A DNA stretch of 64,000 nucleotides from assembly GCA_037200305.1 (NCBI GenBank), contig JBBCGZ010000003.1, positions 85,657 through 149,656 on the forward strand, written 5' to 3'. The position numbers and the translations under genes are program-made. The notes under the pieces are model-generated. The model ran no database searches. It had not been told where the DNA came from and saw only the letters and a program-made list of their open reading frames with translations. This stretch comes from Bacteroidota bacterium (GTDB lineage Bacteria > Bacteroidota > Bacteroidia > Cytophagales > Cyclobacteriaceae). Below are positions 52,611 through 64,000 of the stretch, piece after piece. Every line of letters begins with the position of its first letter. The first letter of the stretch is position 1.

Positions 52611-53505
52611 ATGGGTTTCAAACAAAAAATCAAGAACCTACCCTGGCTATACAATGCGATGCTGTTCTTCCTGAACGCAACGAATTATTTCAATCGTAGA
52701 TTTCATTACGCATTTCCGAAATACAAGATATCGCCATACTGGCGCGCCCGTATTGATAAAGTAAAACAGAGCAGCGACAATAAACGGATCGACTACGTTA
52801 GCGACGCCGGAAAAATATTTCCCACACACCAGTTGATGCACAACGGCATCCGGATCACACTCGGCAGTTATTATGATTATGGCAACACGCACCTCCTGGT
52901 AGAGAACAATGGTGTTCATGAACCACAGGAGGAATATATTTTTCAACAGGTTCTTCCCTTCATTCGCGAAGGTGGAACGATGATGGAGCTGGGAAGCTAC
53001 TGGGCATTCTATTCACTTTGGTTTGCTTCGAAGGTAAAGAATGCAAAGTGTATCATGATAGAACCTGATCCCCACAAGATGAACTTTGGAAACTCAACTT
53101 CAAGCTGAACGATCTCAAAGGCAAGTTTCGTTTGGGCTTCATCGATGGCCACACGAATATGAATGCAAGCATTCCTACGTTTAACGTTGATTTTCTGATG
53201 AAGGAATTAATGTCGACTTCCTGGACATCCTCCACAGTGACATACAAGGTTATGAACTCAACATGCTGAAAGGTGCTGCAGATGCATTAGCAAATCACAA
53301 GATCGGCTATGCGTTCATATCGACTCATTCGAACGAGCTACATCAGCAGTGTATTGATGAGTTGAGGAAGTATGGATATGTTGTTGTGGCAGATGCAAAC
53401 CTGGATGAAAGCTTTGCGACTGATGGGGTGATTGTGGCGAAGTTACCTGGGCAGGAAGGACCGGAGAGAATTGAGATAAGTAAGGCAGTTAAGACTTCGC
53501 GATAG
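52611..53505 (+). CDS. FkbM-like SAM methyltransferase, split by indels
   Basis: GVHEPQEE, MELGSYWAFYSLW, IEPD, LHSDIQGYE, FISTHS. Confidence 0.8.
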
Positions 53506-54263
53506 CGAGGTAGTTTGCAGACTGGAATATCTCAAGCTTCTCCGTATACTTCGGCAGCTCGCGCAGTCCTTTTGGAAGGATCCGGTATATCCTATACTTC
53601 GGAGACAGAAGCAAATAAAAGTCTTTAAAGTATATCCGCGAGTCGAGACTTGTTCCTCCGAACTCAAACTGTATCACATCGACAGCATTTCGTTCGATCA
53701 TTTGCACTCCTCCTTTCAATACCGACAGTTCGTGCCCTTCCACGTCGATCTTCAAAAGATGAACGTGATCGATCTTATTATCGGAGCAAAACTTGTCGAG
53801 CGTCGTTATCGTGACTTTCTCGGTCGGGATGAAACTCTGGTTGTAATGTCTCAGATCGCGTTGATGTAACGAACCAAGTGCCGATCCTTCCTTCGGAGAA
53901 AAAAGATCCGCTGTTGCTTCATCGGCACCCAGCGCCTTCTGAATAAGATGAACATTCGGGAGCGTTGGAAACTTTCTCGCGCAGTTGAGCCGAAGCTCGA
54001 TTCGAAGGCTCGAATGCATACAATTGAAACTGCTGACCTCGAAACGCTTCGAGTATCTCGAGTGTAAACTCACCAACATTCGCGCCGACGTCGAACAATG
54101 TTACTTGTTGATCTCTCCAACGACGCGCCAATTGTTTCAACGAGTGAAGCTCTCCATTAACACGGTAGTTGCTGGCGCTGCCAAAGTTCATTTGTCGCAG
54201 CGAGAACGCATATAACTTTTCAAAAAAGAGATTCCAAATGCGGTAAATAAAGTTCATATGCAC
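53489..54263 (-). CDS. FkbM-family methyltransferase, one indel
   Basis: FDVGANVG, AFEP, TLDKF, LLKIDVEGHE, IQFEFG. Confidence 0.9.
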
Positions 54264-54307
54264 CAGTGACGCGCCAAAAATAATTAATTTGCCCTCAACT
54301 ATCCTTG

Positions 54308-55796
54308 ATGGGCATTGTAGTTCGCCAAAGCATTTTCACAACGATCATCTCGTACGTAGGTGTATTGGTCGGTTACGTGAACGTTCTGTACCTCTTTCCA
54401 AAATTCCTGGAGCCCGACCAAATCGGTCTACTGCGCTCGGTACAGGATGCCGCCATACTCTTTTCTCCCTTCGCACAATTCGGACTTTCACACAGCCTGA
54501 TCCGGTATTACCCGCAACTGGTAAAAGAAAAAAATTCTCAAGGAGCTTTTCTCAGTCTCATCCTGCTGATGTCGCTGGGCGGCTTCGTGATCTTCCTGGT
54601 TGTCTTTAAAACATTCGAGCAGTCGATCCTCACATACTTCAGCGAGAACGCGGCAGCAATGCTTCAATATGTACCGATTGTGTTGTGGCTCACATTTATT
54701 CTGCTCATTACGGGGATCATTGAATCTTATTCGAGGTCGCTGCTGAAAACTGTGTTCCCCAACCTGATGCGGGAGGTAGCGATACGTTTGATGATGACCG
54801 TTTTGGTCACGGCTTATTTCATGGGCTGGATGTCGTTCGAGACTTTTATTGTTACCACTGTTTTTGCTTACCTGGTGTGGTTGCTTTCATTGCTGGTGTA
54901 CCTGGCCGTCAGCAAAGATCTTTCGTTCAGCATGAAATTCGCTTTCATCTCGAGGGAGAAGACGAAGGAGCTTGTCCTTCTATAGCCTGTTGAGCTTTGC
55001 GGGCGCGGCTGGCATGATCATCATTGGTAAGATCGACAGCCTGATGATCGCGGGACTCCTCGGTCTAAAAGAGGTGGCCGTGTACACTACAGCATTCTAT
55101 ATGGCAAGCGTGATCGAGGTACCAAAAAAAGCGCTGTCGCTGGTGGGCAATGCCGTTGATCTCCCAGGCCTTTGGCAAGAACGACATCAAACAAATTGCT
55201 ACGCTCTACCAGAAGACTTCTCTCAATCAATTGATCATCGGCGGATTGTTGCTGATCGGTGTGATCATCAACCTGGATAACATCTTCGATCTCATGCCTC
55301 GCAAAGAGATCTACGAAGCCGGAAAATTGGTGGTGGTATTCGTCGGCATCGGCAAGCTTGCGGATATGTTGTTCGGACCCAGCAGCGAGATCGTCGTGCT
55401 GTCGAAATACTTTTGGTTCAACATCGTCCTCATTTCCATGCTCGCCGGCGTCGTGATCATTGGAAATAATCTTTTGATCCCCAGGTATGTATCAACGGTG
55501 CAGCAATGGGTGTTGCGTTGGCGCTGATCACATTCAATGCTGTGAAGTTTGTATTTATCTGGGTAACGTTAAAGATACAGCCGTTCAACTTCGCAACGCT
55601 GATCGTGCTGGCAATCGGGGGCGCAACAATGCTGCTGAATTATTTCCTGCCAGTGTTTCAAAATCTTTTTGTCGACCTGATCCTTCGATCCGGCATCGTG
55701 ACTTTATTCTACGGAGGATTGATACTGGCAACGAAGGTAAGTCCCGAAGTGAATCAGATCTTCAAGAAGGGATTGAGCCTGATCACAGGGAAGTGA
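54308..55796 (+). CDS. Polysaccharide flippase / Wzx-like MOP exporter, split by indels
   Basis: MGIVVRQSIFTTIISYVG start, many TM segments, KIDSLMI, VYTTAFY. Confidence 0.85.
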
Positions 55797-57073
55797 TCAA
55801 ACTTATTAGCTGATCGGTCAATTTCTTTCTCGTAAATGGTGTTGCATCCGTTGTTGAAACAACACTCCCAGACCTCCAAAGATCATACTGTCTTCGAAGC
55901 ATGCTGACCATCGCTGCTTCATCATTCCTTTCAAAGATCTCCCCTGCTTTCGCCTGGTGAATAACATCCGCTGCATCTCCCATCACCGGGCCAACCGCCA
56001 TAATCTGGATACCCGAAGCGAGATACTCGAACAACTTTCCCGGAAGATTGCCCGGGGCAAGAGCCGTATGCGCCAATATCAACAGCAAAAGATCAGTCTG
56101 ACCATACAACTGAAGCAGCTCTTTATGAGGAATAGTGTTGGTGAACTTTGTAAACGATGAAAGAATAATATCCTCTTTCACAAATTCTTTGAAGGCCGAA
56201 TTGACGTTTCCAATAAACTCAACAACGACCTGCATATCCGGCGTTGTTTCAAAAATCTCTCTCAACGCCAACATAAAAGGTCGCGGATCTCTCAACTCGT
56301 CGACAACACCTGTGTGACGAATCGTGAACTTGGCGGTCTTCGTCCGTTGCACCTTTTCAAAATCATCTGTATCAAAACCGTTTGTGATCAAATCAACTTT
56401 ACGTCCACCTAATCTTTCAAACTGCGTAACATGAAACGGAGCGATGGTGATCACGCGATCTGCATTTTGTAAAACGCGTCGCTCGAGCTTGCGATGTCTT
56501 TCGCGCGCGGCATCCGTTAGCAATAACGTATCCAGCAGGTCCCATTCGCTCCACGGATCGCGGAGGTCCACAATCCACTTTACCGCCGGAAATTTCTTCT
56601 TGATCTTCAGACCGATCAAATGAATGCTGTGTGGTGGACCGGTTGTAATAACTTTATCGATGTCTCGACTCTCGATGAGATTTTTTAAAACTTTCGATGC
56701 GGGGGTCACCCAAAACACGCGTGGGTCAGGTATCAGAAGATTGCCGCGAACCCAACTGCTCATTCTCTGGAACATCGACATCTTTCCGTAAAGATCATGT
56801 CCATCGCGCCGGGTTCTTCTTTCCAAAAATACCGGCAAGCTTGTAGAATGCGTCGTACGGTTCCCAGATCGGCAGCTTGATCACTTCAGTCTTCGAAGGA
56901 ATATCATGAAGCAACGACGCATCCGACATCTGTACTGAGGGATTCTCGGGTGTCACAACGATCGTTTCCCACCCCGCCTGATCGAGATACTTCACAAACT
57001 TTAGCCAGCGCTGCACGCCACTGCCACCCGATGGAGGCCAATAATATGTAACGATCAGGATTTTCTTGGTCAT
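55783..57073 (-). CDS. Glycosyltransferase family 4, one indel
   Basis: YYWPPSGGSGVQRWLKF, IPDPR..W, TTGPPHS, DLRDPW, PGKLFEYL. Confidence 0.9.
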
Positions 57074-57092
57074 TGGTGAAGTAGATTAGAAA

Positions 57093-57985
57093 TCACTTCG
57101 CTACAAGATTAACGATTTCATTCCACTGCGCCGGACTAAACCATTTAAACTCGGCATCTTTCCTAAACCACGTCATCTGTCTTTTGGCGTAGTGACGAGT
57201 ATTTCGTTTCAATAATCTTATTGCTTCGTCTTTATCGTAAGAATGATCCATGAACGCGAAGATCTCCCGGTAGCCAACTGTTTGCAGTGCCTGTAGCTCG
57301 CGATGCGGGTAGAGGAGCGCGGCCTCATCGAATAATCCGTCGGCTACCATTTGGTCCATCCGGCTATCGATACGACGGTAGAGTTCTTCCGGGGGGAGGG
57401 TGAGACCCATCTTTATCACCTCGAATTCAAGCTGTCGTTTTGGTCTCGTTCTTCGCTCGGAAATTTTCGTCCCCGACATAAAAACCTCGAGTGCACGAAT
57501 CAGTCGATGTGGATTTTTTTGATCTACAACTTCAAAGTATTCCGGGTCGTGTTTCTTCACCTGCTCCTGGAGCCATACGAGACCTTTCTCGTTGAATTCT
57601 TCAATGATCGAATTCCGTATGGCTTTGTCAACTTCGGGAACATCATCGAAGCCTTCAAGTATTGCTTTAATGTAGAGCCCCGAACCTCCGCACAGGATTA
57701 CCTTATCATTTCTTTCGAAAAGTTTTCGGATAACGGCAGTGCTTCTTCTCCGTAAGTCCCTGCGTTGTATTCATCATAAATGGAATGCGACGATATGAAG
57801 TGATGCCGAACACGATTAAGTTGTTCGTCGGTGGGCTTCGCAACACCAATAGCCAGCTCTTTGTATATCTGCCGCGCATCAGCCGAAACTACTTCAGTAT
57901 GAAAATGTTCCGCAAGGCGAATGGCAACGTCCGTCTTTCCAACGGCCGTAGGTCCTGCTATAACAATCAGGGTGTTTGAGCTCAC
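57093..57985 (-). CDS. miaA: tRNA dimethylallyltransferase, split by an indel
   Basis: GPTAVGKT, SADARQIY, GGSGLY, NPHRLIRALEV, TVGYRE, TRHYAKRQMTWF. Confidence 0.95.
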
Positions 57986-58031
57986 GAACGCAAAAATAAT
58001 CGTTATCTTTACATCAAATTCATCACTACGA

Positions 58032-58304
58032 ATGATCAAATACACGAATCAATTCCTCATCAAGCTAGAAGAACTGATCGCGGAGTCGGATTACATTCTC
58101 CGATATGAGAAGGGTAACTTCAAATCCGGCTATTGCCTGCTTAAAGAGCAGAAGATCATGATTGTCAATAAGTTCTTCGCGGTAGAAGGAAAGATCAACG
58201 CGCTGCTGGATATCTTAAAAGGCGTTGAGTTGGATGCGTCTAAATTCTCCGAAAAAAGCCTCAAGCTCTACGAAGAGCTTTCACAGGCAGAAGTAAAGAT
58301 CTAA
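58032..58304 (+). CDS. Conserved hypothetical protein
   Basis: 90 aa containing YILRYEKGNFKSGYCLL; in a directon with the MBL hydrolase. Confidence 0.75.
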   Translation: MIKYTNQFLIKLEELIAESDYILRYEKGNFKSGYCLLKEQKIMIVNKFFAVEGKINALLDILKGVELDASKFSEKSLKLYEELSQAEVKI

Positions 58305-58319
58305 TTTCTTAACTGAGTT

Positions 58320-59081
58320 TTGAAGATTACGTTTCTCGGCACCGGCACATCACAAGGCGTGCCCGTGATCGGGTGCCAGTGCGACGTATGCCGTTCCATG
58401 GACTATCGCGACAAGCGACTCCGCGCTTCGGTCCACATCGAAGTTGACGGCCTCAGTTTTGTTATCGACACCGGTCCCGACTTCCGGCAACAAATGCTTC
58501 GCGAAGGCATCAACCGCCTCGACGCCGTTCTCTTTACACACAGTCATCGCGACCACCTTGCCGGCCTCGACGACGTTCGGGCTTACAATTATCTTCAGAA
58601 TTCCGACATGCCGCTTTACGCGACAGCCGACGTCCACCAGCAAATTCAGACGGAGTTTTATTATGCCTTCAGTCCACAGCGATATCCCGGCATTCCGCAA
58701 CTTCAGCTTCACACCATCGATCACAAACCCTTTACGATCGGCAGCACGACGGTCACGCCGTTGCCCGTCATGCATTTGAAACTGCCGGTGCTCGGCTTCA
58801 GGATCGGTAACTTCAGCTACATCACAGACGCCAATCTTATCCCCGACGAAACTTACAATCTTCTGAAAGGCACCGAAGTATTGGTGCTCAATGCCCTTCA
58901 GAAAGACAAGCACATTTCCCACTTCACATTGGCCGAGGCCATTCACGAAGCGAAGAAGATTGGTGCAAGGCAGACGTATTTCACCCACATGAGTCACAGG
59001 ATGGGACTTCACAAAGAAGTGCTGAAGGAGCTCCCGGAAGGTGTAGCTTTGGCCCACGATGGTTTGACTATCGTGCTTTGA
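58320..59081 (+). CDS. MBL-fold metallo-hydrolase (PhnP-like)
   Basis: FLGTGTSQGVP..GC.C..C, THSHRDH, YITDA, THMSH, AHDG. Confidence 0.92.
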   Translation: MKITFLGTGTSQGVPVIGCQCDVCRSMDYRDKRLRASVHIEVDGLSFVIDTGPDFRQQMLREGINRLDAVLFTHSHRDHLAGLDDVRAYNYLQNSDMPLYATADVHQQIQTEFYYAFSPQRYPGIPQLQLHTIDHKPFTIGSTTVTPLPVMHLKLPVLGFRIGNFSYITDANLIPDETYNLLKGTEVLVLNALQKDKHISHFTLAEAIHEAKKIGARQTYFTHMSHRMGLHKEVLKELPEGVALAHDGLTIVL

Positions 59082-59082
59082 G

Positions 59083-60561
59083 GTGCACAACAACTACTAC
59101 TTTCTTCGTCAAATAAGCAGTCGTCTAAACGAACAACTGACGGGCTTCACATTGGTGTCGTGTTTCAGCCAGTCGAAAGACGAGATCGTATTCGAATTCA
59201 ATAATGCGAAGACATCTTTTTTCATAAGAGCAGATCTGCAGGGGGATTTCAGTTGCCTTACGTTTCCCGAAAGCTTTAAGAGGGCAAGGAAGAACAGCAT
59301 TGATCTGCTCAATGAAGCACTCATGAAGAAGGTGGTTGGTGTGCAGCAGTTTGAGAACGAGAGGTCGTTCGTGATCAATCTTGAAGATGACCTGGGTGTG
59401 TTGTTTAAAATGCACGGGAACAAAGGGAACGTTGTCCTTTTGAACGGCGATGTGGAGATCGGTCGATTCAAAAATAATATTGCAGGAGGTGCGGAAACAG
59501 ATAGGCACATAGACTGGTCGAAGGAAAATTTTGAAAAACACATTGATCAACTGGAGAAAGTATATTTCACGTTCGGAAAGAAGTTGATCAAAAAAGATTG
59601 GGATTATATCCAGCAATTAAAAAGTCAATTAGAAGATCCAAAATACTACGTTACGCGCCGCGAACTTTCATTGGTTCCAATTGAATCTGCAGAGGTGTAC
59701 ACAGATCCGATTAAAGCCGTCAATGAATTTTATTTTCTTCACGTCTCTAAGTACGCCTTCGAAAAAGAGAAGACCTCTGTTCTCTCACGGCTTCGCACAG
59801 ATATCCAGCAAACAAGATCATGGCTTCAAAAAACATCCGCCAAGCTCGAAGAGCTTCGTAGCGACGATCACTACAAGGCCTGGGGTGACCTGGTGATGGC
59901 TAATCTTCATTCGGTGACAGCCGGCTCGAAATCCATCGAAGTCGAGAACTTTTACAACAACAACGAATCGATCGTCATTCCCCTCGACAAAACTCTTTCA
60001 CCACAGAAAAATGCAGAGCGATACTATCGCAAAGGAAAAAATCAACAGATCGAGATCACGAAGCTGAAAGAAGGTCTCGACAAAAAATCAAAAGAGCTGT
60101 CGGTCCGCGAACTCGAGCTCGCCAAAGCCGAAGAAGCAACTAGCGTCAAGTCGCTTCCCGCTCCCAGGGACCACCAGTCGTCGACAACCGTTTCTCTTCC
60201 TTACCGGCAATTCGAGTTTAAGAGCTTTAAGATCTGGGTTGGCAAAGACGCCAAAACCAACGACGAGCTCACGCTTAAATATTCATTCAAGGAAGATCTT
60301 TGGATGCACGTGCGGGATGATTCCGGATCGCATGTGCTTTTGAAACATCAGGCTAACAAACCATTTCCAAAGGATGTGATTGAGTATGCTGCCTCTATCG
60401 CGGCTTTCTTTTCAAAAAGAAAAACAGAGCCACTCTGCGCAGTGATTGTCACTCCCAAAAAATTCGTCCGCAAACGTAAAGGCGACCCCGCGGGAGCCGT
60501 AGTAGTGGAGCGCGAAGAAGTAGTCCTCGTCGAGCCGCACGGCCCCACCCACAACTCATAA
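59083..60561 (+). CDS. rqcH: NFACT / RqcH (FbpA-like) ribosome quality-control protein
   Basis: IPLDKTLSPQKNAERYY, VGKDAKTNDEL, LWMHVRDDSGSHV, AASIAAFFSK. Confidence 0.8.
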   Translation: MHNNYYFLRQISSRLNEQLTGFTLVSCFSQSKDEIVFEFNNAKTSFFIRADLQGDFSCLTFPESFKRARKNSIDLLNEALMKKVVGVQQFENERSFVINLEDDLGVLFKMHGNKGNVVLLNGDVEIGRFKNNIAGGAETDRHIDWSKENFEKHIDQLEKVYFTFGKKLIKKDWDYIQQLKSQLEDPKYYVTRRELSLVPIESAEVYTDPIKAVNEFYFLHVSKYAFEKEKTSVLSRLRTDIQQTRSWLQKTSAKLEELRSDDHYKAWGDLVMANLHSVTAGSKSIEVENFYNNNESIVIPLDKTLSPQKNAERYYRKGKNQQIEITKLKEGLDKKSKELSVRELELAKAEEATSVKSLPAPRDHQSSTTVSLPYRQFEFKSFKIWVGKDAKTNDELTLKYSFKEDLWMHVRDDSGSHVLLKHQANKPFPKDVIEYAASIAAFFSKRKTEPLCAVIVTPKKFVRKRKGDPAGAVVVEREEVVLVEPHGPTHNS

Positions 60562-60575
60562 CCCACAACTCACAA
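60548..60575. repeat. Heptamer tandem repeat spanning a convergent junction
   Basis: CCCACAA CTCATAA CCCACAA CTCACAA; the second unit supplies the NFACT stop codon. Confidence 0.65.
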
Positions 60576-62003
60576 CTATTTCACAACATTAACCTTCAGC
60601 ATATTCGTCCTGTTCCTTTCCTGGATCGGCATACTGGCAAGGCTGATAAATATATCTCCGCTCTTTACGTGTCCATCGCGCTTCAGCATTTCTGCAACGT
60701 CAGCGATGGTGGTATCTGTACTTTCCTGCTTTTCGTAATAATAAGTTCGCGTGGCCCACACAAGATTCATCGTGTTAAGGATCGTCTTGTTACCTGTAAA
60801 CACAAAGATGTTACAATTCGGTCTGTGCGACGATGACTTGATTGCCGCGTAACCTGAGTTGGTAAGACTAACGATAGCTTTTGCTCCAACATCCTTCGCA
60901 AGCTTACACGCTGCGAGGATCACGCTGTCGCTAACGAAGAATGGCGCGTTCGCATCGGTTCTTTGAACTTGAAATAGATCGGAGCCTGGCGTTCCACCGA
61001 GTTGATGGTACGCACCATGCTTCGAATAACTTCCAGGGGATATTTTCCAGCTGCCGTTTCAGCCGACAGCATTACGGCGTCTGCACCGTCGATGATTGCG
61101 TTGGCGACGTCGTTCGTCTCCGCACGTGTAGGGCGCGGATTTTCGATCATACTTTCCATCATCTGCGTTGCCACGATAACAGGCTTCGCATACTTGTTAC
61201 ACTTTTCCACGAGCATCTTCTGCACCATAGGAACTTCTTCCATGAGGATCTCAACACCAAGGTCGCCGCGTGCAACCATCAACGCATCGGTTGCCTGAAC
61301 GATTGCATCGATGTTGTCGAGCGCTTCGGGCTTCTCGATCTTCGCTACGATGCGTGTGGTAGATTTCCTGCTGTCGATGATGCCGCGCAGGTATTCGATG
61401 TCTTTCGGTTTGCGTACAAATGAAAGCGCAACCCAATCAACATTATTCTTCAGTCCGAACTCGAGGTCCTTTTCGTCTTTCTCTGTGAGTGATGGAGCAG
61501 AAACTTTTGTAAACGGGAGGTTGATGCCTTTGCGTGACTTTAGTGATCCGCCGTAAACAACTTCGCAGATCACCTCAACACCTTTTACTTCTTTACTTTC
61601 AGCTCGATCTTGCCGTCGTCGATCAGCACCATGTCGCCGGTCTTTACGTCTTTCGGAAGACCTTCGTACGAAGTGCTAACTATGCTTGCGTTTCCTTTGA
61701 GTTGTTTCGTGGTGATGATGATCTCCTGACCTCGTACGATCTGGGTTCCGTCTTCAACTTCATTGACCCTGATCTTTGGACCTTGAAGGTCCTGGAGCAA
61801 TGCGATCTGGTAGCCGTATTCTTTATTGATCTCTCTTACAAAGTTTACGACCCTTCTGATGATCGTCGTGAGTACCGTGGGAGAAATTGAGTCGAAAAAT
61901 GTCGACGCCTTCTTTCGCGAGCTGCAACAACATTTCTTTTGTGTTGGATGCGGGCCCTACTGTTGCAAACGATCTTGGTCTTGTTATAGCTGTTTTTTTC
62001 CAT
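60576..62003 (-). CDS. pyk: Pyruvate kinase, split by indels
   Basis: [56 protein letters not shown]. Confidence 0.96.
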
Positions 62004-62039
62004 AGAGAAGAAATGTGTACCGAATACACACTTGAAGGA

Positions 62040-62447
62040 TTAGAAAATAAAGTTGTCTTTCGATTTTAAAGCGGCCAAAGGTAGAAAAGCGACTAGTTCT
62101 ATGGAAGGAATATTGCGCAAGACTTCCTGCAAACGTTTGCTGCCCACATCTTCGTCGCCTTTGGTGTAAAGTATATAATCCAGGTGAGAATGGTCCGGGA
62201 CCAGGAAAAGGTCTCCTTCGTTCGCCCGGTTTCTGAAGAGCTTTACAGCGTTCAGGGCTGACTGGTGTTCGAAAAAAACGAAGAAAAAATCCCGGCTTTA
62301 GTGGTCATTTTCAGGTCGTCTTTCCTTACCAGATTAGTGCCAGCACATGGTTGATCTCCCAGGCGAGCTTATATCCGCGCGCCGACGAAGTCAATCCCAT
62401 CAGCTCAAAGTCATAAGCGAAGTCGACTTCCAATCGTCGCTTTTCAT
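62040..62447 (-). CDS. IPExxxVDY-family-like protein, split by indels (not in the ORF track)
   Basis: Read manually as ...LEVDFAYDFELMGLTSSARGYKLAWEIN...FLVPDHSHLDYI...LKSKDNFIF*. It sits in the conserved position next to pyk. Confidence 0.65.
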
Positions 62448-62514
62448 AGCCTTGACAATATTGCACTAAATCTCTTTATTTGCACTGTTTTTTAAATCTC
62501 TAAACCTTAATAAC

Positions 62515-62754
62515 ATGTCTGAAATCGCACAAAAAGTAAAGCAGATCATCATCGACAAATTGGGCGTGGAAGAATCTGAAGTTACACCTGAGGCAAGCTT
62601 CACAAACGACCTTGGTGCTGACTCGCTCGATACTGTTGAGCTGATCATGGAGTTCGAAAAGGAGTTTAACATCTCGATTCCTGACGACCAGGCTGAAAAC
62701 ATTGCTACCGTAGGACAGGCGATTTCCTACCTTGAAGAACACGCGAAGAAGTAA
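62515..62754 (+). CDS. acpP: Acyl carrier protein
   Basis: [20 protein letters not shown]. Confidence 0.98.
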   Translation: MSEIAQKVKQIIIDKLGVEESEVTPEASFTNDLGADSLDTVELIMEFEKEFNISIPDDQAENIATVGQAISYLEEHAKK

Positions 62755-62781
62755 TCTGGCAATAGCCACCAAACCTTCATT

Positions 62782-64000
62782 ATGACTTTTAAGAGAGTAG
62801 TTATCACTGGTTTAGGTGCGCTCACACCAATTGGCAATACCCGTCAGGCATATTGGGACGGTCTCAAAAATGGACAAAGTGGGGCAGCGCCAATCACCAA
62901 ATTCGACACTACTCTTTTCAAGACAAAGTTTGCCTGTGAGCTGAAGGGTTTCGACCCCAGCAACTTTATGGACCGGAAAGATGCCCGTAAGCTCGACCCG
63001 TTCGCCACAATACGCGATGGTTACGGCAGACGAAGCGATAAAAGATGCCAACCTTCCTCTTTCTGATCTCAACCTCGACCGCGTAGGCGTTGTCTGGGGA
63101 TCAGGAATCGGAGGGTTGCTTACTTTCCAGGAAGAAGTAAGGGCATTTGCAGCCGGAGACGGCACGCCTCGCTTCAACCCATTCTTCATTCCAAAAATGA
63201 TCGCCGACCTCAGCGCAGGTCACATCTCCATCAAATACGGATTCCGTGGTCCTAACTATACCACAGTTTCTGCATGCGCGTCTTCTACCAACGCACTGTA
63301 CGACGCTTTCACCTGGATAAGACTTGGTAAGGCTGATATTATCGTGTCGGGTGGATCGGAAGCCGCTGTATGTATTGCCGGTGTTGGTGGGTTCAACGCG
63401 CTGAAAGCGCTCTCAGAAAGGAACGACTCGCCTCAAACGGCGTCACGTCCCTACGATAAAGACCGCGATGGATTCGTGCTCGGAGAAGGCGCCGGGGCCC
63501 TGATCCTGGAAGAATATGAGTTCGCGAAAAAACGCGGAGCAAAGATCTACGGCGAGATCATCGGCGGTGGAATGACCTCCGACGCTTATCACATCACCGC
63601 TCCACATCCCGAAGGACTTGGTATCACCAAGGTGATGGAGCAAGCAATCGCCGAAGCCGGCATTAAAGCTTCGGACATCGATTACATCAACACTCATGGA
63701 ACTTCAACTCCCCTTGGCGACATTGGGGAAATTAAAGCCATTCAGAAAGTATTCGGAGATCATGCTTATAAAACCAGCATCAGCTCTACCAAATCGATGA
63801 CTGGCCACCTCCTCGGTGCTGCGGGAGCTATCGAAGCTATCGCCTGCCTGCTGGCCATCAACGAAGGTGTGATCCCTCCTACCATCAACCACTTCATTGA
63901 CGACCCCGAATTAGACCCGAGGCTGGACCTGACATTCAACAAAGCAAAACAGAAAAACGTACGTGTTGCCCTGAGCAACACCTTCGGATTTGGAGGACAT
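62782..64000 (+). CDS. fabF: Beta-ketoacyl-ACP synthase II, one indel, truncated by the window end
   Basis: RVVITGLG, SACASS, DGFVLGEG, HGTSTPLGD, KSMTGHLLGAAG, SNTFGFGGH. Confidence 0.95.

Noticed and set aside
47635-63100. Programmed frameshifting or mass pseudogenisation
   Set aside because: Breaks hit unrelated conserved genes at no consistent slippery motif and are regionally clustered, which fits sequencing error.
1-64000. CRISPR array, IS/transposase, integrase, prophage, rRNA
   Set aside because: No regularly spaced 25-45 bp repeats and no such protein or RNA signatures were seen by eye.

Overview
A gene-dense 64 kb chromosomal segment from a Bacteroidota organism, most likely Cytophagales. 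This is inferred from TAnnTTTG promoter boxes, a T9SS-type C-terminal domain, the tsaD/tamB, amn/HsdR_N and pyk/IPExxxVDY/acpP/fabF arrangements, and a fused E1 alpha-beta 2-oxoacid dehydrogenase. Most of it is housekeeping. From left to right: a photolyase and crtZ; a sigma54-controlled MacAB-like ABC export operon with its divergent two-component system; four exported proteins (membrane-anchored Ig-like protein, large T9SS cargo, caspase-like protease, apparently inactive papain-like protein) downstream of tsaD-smpB-NlpC/P60-HNH; tamB; RNase P RNA; ald; amn; tRNA-Ser flanked by accessory VOC/GlxA and MarR-rifamycin phosphotransferase cassettes; a surface-glycan modification region; miaA; rqcH; pyk; acpP; fabF. 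Many genes in about 0.7-18.3 kb and 47.7-63.1 kb are split by 1-2 nt indels, including conserved core genes, while about 18.3-47.7 kb is clean. I read these breaks as sequencing or assembly errors, so those CDS are given as reconstructed spans with approximate ends. I saw no CRISPR array, integrase, transposase or prophage. The best candidates for something new are: (i) the exported caspase / pseudo-papain / T9SS module, (ii) a compact RPH with a candidate MarR operator, and (iii) a 3'-trailer element complementary to translation-initiation regions. All three are hypotheses that need database and experimental checks.
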